DNA of 64,000 nucleotides from Eledone cirrhosa (Eukaryota): NCBI GenBank assembly GCA_964016885.1, contig OZ024741.1, positions 326,306,001 to 326,370,000 of the forward strand, read 5' to 3'. Shown piece by piece: positions 54,385 to 64,000 of this stretch (position 1 is its first letter; each line of letters starts with the position of its first letter). The notes under the pieces were generated by a model. It saw only the letters and a program-made list of their open reading frames with translations, ran no database searches and was not told where the DNA came from. The position numbers and the translations under genes were made by a program.

Positions 54385-54818
54385 CTGCTCTATAATATTA
54401 TGCGATATTCCCATGCAGTAAGAGTAAGCTTTTACTGCTTGGTAAGCTATAAAGCAGTTCATAGCATTCAGTCACTTTGCCTCTAATGAAAAGAAGGAAG
54501 CAAATTCTCGCACATCACAACACGTGATTTTCGTAGTTAAATTCAAGCAAAGCAATTTGCGCCAAAAACGAAAAACTCAACCGACTCTATGCATATGTGC
54601 ATACATATATAGCAATATTTTTGCATATATACAAGCAAACAAAATCTGATTTGAGGTACAAAGTCAAATATTCAACATTCAAAATTTAATTTTATGAAAT
54701 ATAAACAAGCAGTATTTAAAACTCTAACCTTATAGTAGAGTTCCAAATCAGTGCAGCCGAGAGTATAATATAATATTATAAACGAAGATCGGTGGTATAT
54801 CTATAACTATATCTATAT

Positions 54819-54861
<43 letters not shown>

Positions 54862-55066
54862 TACAAATATTAATAAAATAAATGTTCTTTTTCTCAATTA
54901 CATTTTATTATACATATTTCAGATGTACAACAGTAGATTATTAATATTTTTATTAATATTTGTATTTTAATATTAATAACTCTGGAAAATTATTTTTCAT
55001 AGAGTGCTTCCAATCTACTGTAAAACTCATTCTTTGATATATTCATTGAATATTGTTTACCTCTTT

Positions 55067-55120
<54 letters not shown>

Positions 55121-55126
55121 TACACA

Positions 55127-55188
<62 letters not shown>

Positions 55189-55194
55189 TACACA

Positions 55195-55238
<44 letters not shown>

Positions 55239-55247
55239 TACACACGC

Positions 55248-55280
<33 letters not shown>

Positions 55281-55399
55281 TGTATCAGGCCATCCCGTAC
55301 GTAATTTCCTTTTGGTAGTAGGTTTTGAAGAGTTAAAACTCAAGATATGCACTTATTTAATCAAGTATATATTCCCCATTTAAATAAATAACATTCTTC

Positions 55400-56562
55400 T
55401 AACACTGTAATATGTTTCGGATGTCATTTCTAAAAAGAATAGACGATTTTGATGATGAAACCTCGCGAAGATCCATTTCAAATGCCTTTAAGGAATTGTA
55501 CTCTTTTCCATTAATAAAATGTCAGAAGAAGAGATTATCTGAGGGAGAAAAAATTTAGGAGTATATGCAAAATGCGAAAGCTTTTTCCAGCCAAGGCCAT
55601 CAAGTTTGGAACATGTATTTCTTGTAATATGATGTAGGGTAGGCATATCAAACATGCGGTCTATGAGCCGCATGCGGCCCTTTACAAGTACACCTGCGGC
55701 CCACAGAAAGGTTTTTACAGCGCGAGTATATTTTATCTTCGTAATATAAAATATAAAAAATCAGTTGTAATGTGTGCAATTAGTTGTCGCGTGTGGCCCG
55801 TAGACAACACATATGTGACCTATGTGGGGATCCTCAGTTTGACATGCCTGATGTAGGACATTGATGTGGTAATACACTTTCGATTGATTAGAGAGTATAC
55901 ATTTTCTTTAAATTTTTCATTTATTGATCGAGTTGTTCACAGTACAGTGGAGTTCTGATTGTGTGGTTTTGTGGTAAAGCTTCAACGTGTATTACATCCG
56001 TCACATCACACAAAACGCTTATTAAGGCCTTCTGATGATGAAGAATTTGTTGCAGATGAGCTTTAGTTTGTGGTCCTGATTGAACACACTGCCGTCTGAA
56101 TTAAATATTCTTATAGATAATGCACTATTTATCACCGGTTACTAGAGAATTAAAAAGTTGCATTTTCACGAATGAACAAAAGTACATGCTGCCGAGCTCC
56201 CCTCGATTGCTTTCCGACAGATCATGCGCAATCCACTTGCCAAGCATAGACACCCTTCGAAGTTACTGTAAATAACGACGGGCGGTTGATGTCGCTAAAT
56301 TAACCTCTTCTGTTAACGCTTTAACGGTTGTTTGGGGATTTTGTCAATAGTGGAATTCAGCATATCATTATGAAAAGAAACACGGCGCCCAAGGCGGTGA
56401 CCATCTTTCAAGTCAAAGTCAAAATTTATTGGATCATTGAATATACAAAATATATTTAGTTTACACTTTTTGCATGTTTTTTCTACATTATTTGTAGCAC
56501 TGATATTTTTGGAACTCATAAAGCATGACGTGTTTTTAAATGTGCACGTTTGTGATTTCCAT
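55400..56562 (-). pseudogene. Mariner (DD34D-type) transposase relic
   Basis: MEIT..HI.KHVMLYEFQK, NSLVTGDK, LYCEQLDQ, KLDGLGWKKLSHFAYTP resemble mariner motifs (VTGDEKW, LGWEVLPHPPYSPDLAP). Many stops and frameshifts. Confidence 0.75.
55640..55850. mobile_element. hAT (Charlie/Buster-type) MITE nested in the mariner relic
   Basis: TIRs TAGGCATATCAAAC / GTTTGACATGCCTG. 8-bp TSD ATGTAGGG / ATGTAGGA with central TA. Internal TGCGGCCC motifs. Confidence 0.8.
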
Positions 56563-56734
56563 AAAACATGTAATATTTAGCTCTCGCAGGCGATTGCGTC
56601 ATTGCATTGAAACATGTGAAGAGAACCTACTGTGTCATAAATCTTCCGTCGAAATTCAATATATCTTGCCTAGCTTTTTCCTAATGCCCGGTTTCATATT
56701 TTATATATATATATATATATAAATATATATATAT

Positions 56735-56965
56735 GAAAATGTATGACCCCGACACAGCTCTGTTTCGTACTGATTGTTACTTATCAAAACCAAGTACTCC
56801 ACCTGTTTTTCAGGTGGAGTACTTGGCTTTGGTAAGTACCAATCAGTACGAAACAGAGCTCTGTCGAGGTCATACCTTTTCCTATTTCCCACTCTACTAC
56901 CCTAAGTATTGAGTACTCTGGTGCGTTATGGTTCATCTGGTTCTTTACCACAATTCCTTTGTTAT
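56735..56965. mobile_element. Fold-back hairpin (56735-56881) made of two hammerhead 3' halves
   Basis: 71-bp arms around TTTTT. The right arm has GAAA-CAGAGCTCTG-TC|GAGGTC but no CTGANGA. Confidence 0.7.
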
Positions 56966-56979
56966 ATATATATATACAA

Positions 56980-57432
56980 TCAGGTAGTAACATATGCTTA
57001 CACCGTATTTGACTAAATAGAATTCATCTGTTAGTTGGGGTTTTTAAAAACCTTCTGAATGGAAACAAAGGATGAGTACTTACGTACATGGGACAGGAAC
57101 CCACATGTTTGGTTTCTAAACAAGGCTGCTTTGAGTCTCCCTCTATATATACATATGTATATATATACCTGCTATGGTTACATAGCTTCTAATTGAATGT
57201 AAGGAAGCCTGGGTGGCGTGTTGGTGTAATGGTAACCCTTTGATCCGGCAAACCAAAGATGTGGGTTCATGAACATCAATACTCATCCTTTTTCCCATTT
57301 AGAGGGGTTTTTAAAACCCCAACTAACAGACTAATTCTATTTTGTCAAATATGGCGTAAGTACATGTTACTACCTAATTTTCAAATTCGCTAGCCGTTTC
57401 TAAACAAGCCTGCTCTGTTTCTCCCTATATAT
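56980..57432 (+). mobile_element. tRNA-like SINE head inside an inverted/direct repeat structure
   Basis: A-box TGGTGTAATGG and B-box-like GGGTTCA at 57221-57270. Arms 56981-57115 / 57248-57376. Direct repeat GTTTCTAAACAAG.CTGCT..CTCCCT at 57112 and 57396. Confidence 0.55.
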
Positions 57433-57536
57433 ATACACACACACACGCACACACACACGTATATATATATATATATATTTTTTTTTTATATGAAAAAAAT
57501 CAGGACCCCGACGGCTGAGCTCCGGCCGTTTCGGAG

Positions 57537-57584
<48 letters not shown>

Positions 57585-57916
57585 ATGTGTGTAACTATAT
57601 ATGCTTTTATATTGCCTTAATAAATTTTATGAACGTCTGCTCTGTGTTGGTTTAGAAATTACAATTAGTGTGCGCGGAATGGTTGTTTGTGTGGTAAAGT
57701 CCAAGCTAGTATAATTAATCTCAAGTGTCATAATATATATATAGATGAAAATAGTTATATAGTTGTTGCACGTATATTGGACAACATTTTGGAACTAATT
57801 AAGGAATGCAATAATATAGGAAACGTTTTGCATTATCATCATATAGACATCTTTTGTTATTGTGTTTCAATGCACGACTATGCTTGTTTACTTTTTGCTG
57901 ATTCAGGGGTTAATTA

Positions 57917-58337
57917 TGTATGTATGTATGTATGTATGTATGCATGTATGTATGTATGTATGTATGTATGTATGTATGTATGTATGTATGTATTTTATGT
58001 ATGTATGTATCCAATGATGTTGACTTGTTCTTCTTTTTGGTAAATATCATCTTGGTTAAGAGAGTGGGACTGGCTTTGTGCAGTGCCTTAGCTCATTATA
58101 AAAGCTTCACGGCACAGGCATTGCTTTATATCTGGAGATCGCTCTGCACTTGTTGTCACATGGTACCATGGGCCCAGCATTATGTGTCGATAATTGTCAC
58201 AAGTGTAGTGTTTGTACCAGAGTTTTCAAGTCGCTGGCTGGACTAAAAAGTCACACTCGTTCAGCGTATCGGTAGGGGTTCTTCTACATGGATATAAAGT
58301 AGTGACCGTACTCGAAAACGAGTTGGCAGCCACCATG
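57917..58337 (-). repeat. ~330-bp interspersed repeat with a (CATA)n tail
   Basis: Copy of 9192-9522. On the minus strand it runs directly into (ATAC)n. Confidence 0.8.
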
Positions 58338-58432
58338 TATGCATGTATACATGTATTTATGAATGTATGTATGTGTGTATGTATATATGTAAACACCTGT
58401 ATATATATATATATATATTTTATATATATATA

Positions 58433-58489
<57 letters not shown>

Positions 58490-58652
58490 GCATCTGCGAA
58501 TAAGTTAAGTTTAAAACAAGTTATTATGTGCATATACAATAATTTGAGACGGAAAATTAAGGAATTTTACCTGTTTAGCTATACTGATTTGGTATCTATA
58601 AACCGGTAATATTCAATATTCTTTAAAATGGAGTATAATTAATTCGGCAAAG

Positions 58653-58943
58653 TCATAGAGGGGAGCTAGAACCACATGTAATCTTCGCTTGACAGAAACA
58701 TTGGAAATAACAACTTCTAAAATTAACCTCCTCAAATATAGAACCGAAATTATACATGTTGTCCACATAGAACATTTCATTCCTTCTTTTATGCACTAAT
58801 TTAGTATCCCGTTTCTTCAGCTGACGACATTCAATTACTGGCAATGCGATATTACTCGCAATTCCTATTGATTTGAATATTCTGTATTGTAGGTCATAAC
58901 ATCGACATGGTGTGCATGCATGATTAGATTCATAGGCAGGACC
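58653..58943 (-). CDS. Candidate terminal exon of an unknown Cys-rich host protein
   Basis: Non-repetitive ~97-codon open frame after a possible acceptor (..tatatatcag|G), with 8 Cys and KKR/KRR sites. No homology recognised. Confidence 0.3.
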   Translation of the reverse strand, partial: GPAYESNHACTPCRCYDLQYRIFKSIGIASNIALPVIECRQLKKRDTKLVHKRRNEMFYVDNMYNFGSIFEEVNFRSCYFQCFCQAKITCGSSSPL

Positions 58944-59368
58944 TGATATATAGCTAAACAACTAACATTTAACATGTATTTGCACACGCGTATGAATACG
59001 CAAACGTATAGGTAAGGGGGCATACATATATTTATGTGTACATACATCGATCTGTAATCAAACGCGTTTTAATAAGTTATATATATAAATTATCCTGGCG
59101 ATCTAACTACAAGGGTATCGCAAATAATATCCATAAAGAATGAAACACATATATATCAAACAAATAATGTATTAACTGTTGAACTTAGTGACCTATTTAC
59201 TTTGTTAATATATGCTCTGTGATTGTAAATGTATGATGACCGGAAGCATACCAAATGAATTTACCTCTGAAATACTTTTCACTATTCTAGATATAGAATA
59301 AACCACATTAGAGCTTTAAATAAATATCTTGAACGCCTTACCTTTGTTTTATCTACTTATAGAATTAA

Positions 59369-59411
<43 letters not shown>

Positions 59412-59499
59412 TATATATAAGAAAATTAAAAGATGGTTAAAAATGTTCCATGTATTAAAACTAACCTTCTACAATATATATATATATATATATATATTT

Positions 59500-59859
59500 A
59501 AAAAAATAGAGGTGTAACACACGAGTTGTGATATATTGGTAAAAGGAAAAGAAAATGCTGACAGATTTTTCCCAGTGAAAAATAGTTTAATTAGGAATAA
59601 GTATAAATTAGTAATAAGAATTGGTTAGTATTGAGTTTTAATTTTAAATTTTTACCGGTTGCGCATTTCCAATGCTTTTCAAAAGTAATTTTGAAATAGA
59701 CCGCACGTGATGTCTGCTCTAATCACGAAATGCGCAACCGGTAAAAACTTAAAACTAAAACTGAATACTAACCAATACTTATTACTAATTTATACTTATT
59801 CCTAATTAAACTATTTTTCACTGGGAAAAATTTGTCAGCATTTACTTTTCTTTTTACTA

Positions 59860-59862
<3 letters not shown>
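59500..59862. mobile_element. Fold-back element (arms ~59532-59669 / 59727-59862) with a U3-A8/GCAA hammerhead-like motif (59649-59684, -)
   Basis: TT-TTGAAAA-GCATtggaaATGC-GCAA-CCGG-TA-AAAA. Its tail GAGGTGT..ACACGAGT is shared with 1840-1860. Confidence 0.7.
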
Positions 59863-59894
<32 letters not shown>

Positions 59895-59942
59895 TGTATG
59901 TATGTATGTATGTATGTATGTATGTATGTATGTATGTATGTA

Positions 59943-59989
<47 letters not shown>

Positions 59990-59993
<4 letters not shown>

Positions 59994-62900
59994 GCGAGGT
60001 TTTTCATATGAAATCGTGTGTCGAAACAAATATTGTTATACTTGGGGAGGGTCATATTTGTGTAATATTGCCAAAATTAATAACAGAACACACTCACTGT
60101 TTGGTTGGTTTTCGCTTCTCGCTTCTGTGTCTTTTATATCGGTAATTTAACTTACTCGGACCTCAATGTTGCCATTGACTGACCGACGGTCAAAAATAAT
60201 ACAGATACAATATAAACACAAACACATATATATAGTTTATCATAAATCTTTCGTTGCACATCTGCAACATCGTCAGTGGTGCTATCTTTTCCTCCTGTTG
60301 TATTGTATGTCTACGCCATTTTTATTCAGTCTGTCTATATATTTATTTATTTATTTGCTTGTTTGTTTATTTTATTTTGTCTTCTTTGCGCATGCGTTTG
60401 CGTGTGTGTATAGTGTTTTGTTTGCTGTGTGATGGGTGACTAGTGTGTGTTTATGTGCTTGTTGTTATTGTGCTTGTGTATGTATTTATTTATTTATTTA
60501 TTTATTAATTTTATTTTATTTACTTATTTATACTTCTCTTAGGTCAGTGTTGTTTGTTTGCGTGTTGTTGTTATTCCATTCATTCTTTCTGTTTAGTCTT
60601 GGTCTTCTAATTTCTATTTCACTGGCCTCTCTGATTTGCCTATCTGCTGGGTCATTTCTATGTTTAGATATTATTCTAATTTCTATGTTGTCTATGTTAC
60701 CGTCATGTTGTTGTCTAGCATGTTCGTATAGTACTGACCCGTTTTTTCGTCCTTTTAGTTCCCCCAGTGTTCGTCTATCCTTTCACCTATGCTACGAGCT
60801 GTCTCATCTATGTATGTTGTTGTCATGTTTCTGCAAGTACCCTCTGTACATCTTATGCTATAGACTACGTTTCTAGTTTTACAGTTTATCCGGGGGTTTA
60901 CCTTACATATGATACATTTCCTATTGGTACAGTGGGTTTTCTTAAAAGGGTAGATTTTGCTGATCAGGGATTTTATGGTGGTTCTTGGCTTTTCTATCAC
61001 CTTAATTTTTAAGTGGGTCTTTCTCAGGGCCTTTCTACACTGGTTAGCTAATTTCCCTCCAAGGGTAGCGTCCACGAACATGACACTCTGGTATCTCTGG
61101 TTGTCGTGCCATGAGGTGGCTTTCCCTATCTTATGTTTAGTCCTATCTAAGCTATTCCATGATTTGCTCCTGTATAATGGGCAAATATTCCTTTCATGTC
61201 CAGTTCTATGAGGGTCTTATACTTCTCCATGGCTTTTGTATACTCTGACTTTGTCTCTTTGGTTGTAGCCAGAGAACTGGATGCGGTTGATGAAGTGTTG
61301 GATGTGTCTTTCCATTTCTGTTGGGTCGCACATGCGGGACACATTCTTCATCACTCGTACCAAATCTGCGATCAGAATATTAAACTTAGCACTACTGGAC
61401 ATTGCTGAGTTTTTGAGTATCAGGTATTTGGAGGCCATGGGTTTAGCATAGTGTGAGTGGAGAATTTGGGCTCTCTCGTCTATAATGTTAATCCAGAGTT
61501 CTGTGTCTAATACAGGTAGTCTATTGTTAGGGTGTTTGGAAGGGAAGTCGATAGTTACAGTTATACTCTGGTGTATGGAATTAGCTATCTGCTGGATGCT
61601 TTCCATCGTGCTACGTTCTAAATCGAACTTGTTAGTGCTCTCTAGTGGGGGTGTTCTTATAACTATATTGATATCGTCTACATAACGAGAGTACATGATG
61701 AGGTCTATGGCGCTCTCATTAAGGAGATCATTAAGTCTCCTTTCCCACCATACCATGAAAAGGCTGGCAACATCACCAGCTATGCTGACGCCGATGGCTG
61801 CTCTCTCATTTTGGGTGTAGATCTTCTCGTTGAACTTAAATATGTGGCCCTTTAGGGTAGTTTTGATACTAGCCCCTATTGCATGTGCGGCCATTTTTCT
61901 TAACTGATCATTATTTTGGGGGGTCCGTATAGCTTTGGTCCACACAATCCACCTTCCCATGGGAGTCCTTTTTGCCATTGAGGTTATGGTGGGGGGTCTA
62001 CCTCTTATAGGTCTACTAGGGCAGAAACGTCTAAGGTCATGGCTGTCTAGGTAGTCAGTGTCGTAGGTAAGTCTAAGTAGGAGGCCCAGTTCGTCTGTGT
62101 CGACGTCGCAAAAATCCACCTCACTCTCAATGATCATCTCAACACATCTCTTCACAACAAAATCAATGTTAATGGATGGGTACAGTGACACCACATCCAT
62201 GCTGCCTATTATGCAGTTGGATAGGTTCCTGTTTTTGTTGCACTCACTGATTCTGCTGATGAGGTCCTCTGTACTGTCACATACATCTGGGGACATCTTG
62301 ATTATGGGGCGTATAACCATTGAGAGGAAGTAGGAGACCCTGTAGTTACTAGCTATATTAGCTCCGCATACGGGTCATGTTGGTGGTCTTGTTGTCGGGT
62401 CGTCGACTGTCTTGTGGTCTTTGCGGAGCCCATACAGGGGTGGTATGCCATTGTTAGACGCCTGGAAGTTGTTGGCAGTGCGTCTGCTTGGCTTTAGGAT
62501 GTCAGTCCTCATCATCATGTGAGCGTTGAGAATTTTCTCTCTCCCATCGTGTGTTTGTTGTGCAATTTCGTTCGTGTTGGTGATGTGGGGTTGCATAGCC
62601 TTGATGTAGTTCGGCATGCTATCTATTGACATCCTACCAGACTTATCCGTGGGTAGACATACTACCTCACCATCCCTTGTGCGCTTCTTGAAGCTAACCA
62701 AGCCTTCTACAGGTTTCCTCCCAAGTTGTTGGGCCTCTGGTCTGCTCTGTCTCTTAGTATACCTGTCTACTATTTGTCTAATCTTATTTCTAGCTATGGA
62801 GAACTGTGCCTCTGTCCCGTCATCTATTTGTTGTGGTATGCAAACACTTTTATTAAAGGGTAACCTCGTAGGATAGATATTACCCATCTTATATGTTTTG

Positions 62901-63652
62901 TCAGCTGGGTTGAAAAATAGTTTCTCTAAGGGGTTGTCATTATATCTATCGTCATAGTTGTGTGTGTTGCTATTATTGTTATCATGGTGGTTGTTGTTGT
63001 TTCTATCATTAGCATTATTATTATTGTTATGATTACTAGATGTATTGTTGTTTACTTCACCGTTATTGTTGTTGTTACTGTTATTTCTACCATTGTGGTT
63101 GTTACTTTTATTATGTTTCTTGTTTTTGTTGTGTCTATCATTGATGTTGCTACATGTACTATTTCCATTATTACCACTGTGGTTATTGTTGTTGTTGTTC
63201 GTATTGTTACCGTTATTACTACTGTGGTCGCTGCTGCTGTGTCTGTGGTTAATGTTTCTATTATTATTATTATTGTGTCTTGCCATCTACAAAAAGATTA
63301 ACCCTATGGAGTGCAAAACGGAGCTGGAAAAGTGTTTCACAAAAATACGTTGGAATGCAAAGGTAAACAACAACAACAACAATAATAACTGTAGTAGTAT
63401 TATAACCAATAACTCTGAGTATAGAAATAATAGCCATAATAATAACAATAGCTGGAGAGTGAGAAATAGTAATAATGGTAATAATACTAACGATAGACAG
63501 AACAACAGCAACCACAATAATAATAATAATAGAAACATTAACCACAGACACAGCAGCAGCGACCACAGTAGTAATAACGGTAACAATACGAACAACAACA
63601 ACAATAACCACAGTGGTAATAATGGAAATAGTACATGTAGCAACATCAATGA
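59990..63652 (-). mobile_element. Neptune-type PLE, frameshifted, with a 5' inversion (N-terminus on + at 63280-63652)
   Basis: PTDKSG, LYGLRKDHK, GSMDVVSLYPSI, AIGVSIAG, YSRYVDD, LPVLD, HYAKPM, CTNRKCIIC, NVVYSIRC..YIDETAR..RIDEH. 63140-63275 is an inverted duplicate of 63515-63652. Confidence 0.9.
60239..60280 (-). ncRNA. Minimal hammerhead in the Neptune 3' region
   Basis: ACCA-[CTGACGA]-t GTTGCA gatg TGCAAC-[GAAA]-GATT-TA|TGAT. Confidence 0.65.
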
Positions 63653-63694
63653 TATATATATATATATATATGTATATAGATGTAGCAACGTCAA

Positions 63695-63743
<49 letters not shown>

Positions 63744-63860
63744 CATATATATATATTGCGTCAACTAGGTGTTTCTTAAATGAGGAAGCGTTAGTATTGA
63801 GGTGTTCTTTTATTCTTATGTGGAGTGGTCTGGTGGTGCTACACACACAAAACCAGTTCT

Positions 63861-63942
63861 AACACCTGATGACGCAATGAATTCTCGACAGTTGGATTAC
63901 GTAACTGTCTTTATCCCATTGCAGAAACTAATTAGTTGGAGT
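63861..63942 (+). ncRNA. Hammerhead-like motif with a two-helix 51-nt stem II and weak stem I
   Basis: CTGATGA-cGCAATG..GACAGTT..AACTGTC..CATTGCa-GAAA-CTAATTAG-TT. Confidence 0.6.
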
Positions 63943-64000
63943 GAAAATTTAAGTAAGAAAGAAATTTTTTTTAAATTTAAAAAAAAAAAAAAAAAAAAAT

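Noticed and set aside
54855-54975. Short AT-only inverted repeat
   Set aside because: Low complexity with no diagnostic motif, so it cannot be assigned.
56030-56070. CTGATGA at 56032
   Set aside because: Lies within the mariner coding relic with no supporting helices.
57215-57275. Functional tRNA gene (also other A/B-box hits at 18655, 23815, 24185, 47480)
   Set aside because: No complete cloverleaf or acceptor stem. The heads run into SINE bodies.

Overview
AT-rich eukaryotic repeat-dominated DNA. The SINE families and the extreme (TA)n/(CA)n load suggest a coleoid cephalopod such as Octopus (inference). No host gene can be called with confidence, and nearly all 'IYIY/CVCV' ORFs are microsatellite artefacts. 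The window is a nested graveyard of Penelope-like retroelements (PLEs). These comprise one apparently full-length Naiad-type element with direct pseudo-LTRs (47601-51462), several truncated Naiad-type and Neptune-type copies, and many small non-coding fragments, almost all bounded by (TA)n. It also holds a frameshifted L1/Tx1-like LINE, a mariner relic with a nested hAT MITE, a CR1 remnant and tRNA-derived SINEs. The main hidden signal, found by reading both strands by eye, is about 30 type-I hammerhead-ribozyme motifs (complete, point-mutated or half) near the 3' ends of the PLE pieces. They include atypical classes: very large stem-II inserts (51-116 nt) closed by non-Watson-Crick 10.1-11.1 pairs, a U3-A8 covariant core, a GCAA-for-GAAA subfamily, and ORF-less fold-back elements with two back-to-back hammerheads. 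The Naiad 3' regions also appear to carry kilobases of compound microsatellite as cargo, which supplies targets for further insertions. All ribozyme calls are manual fold predictions and none has been tested for activity.
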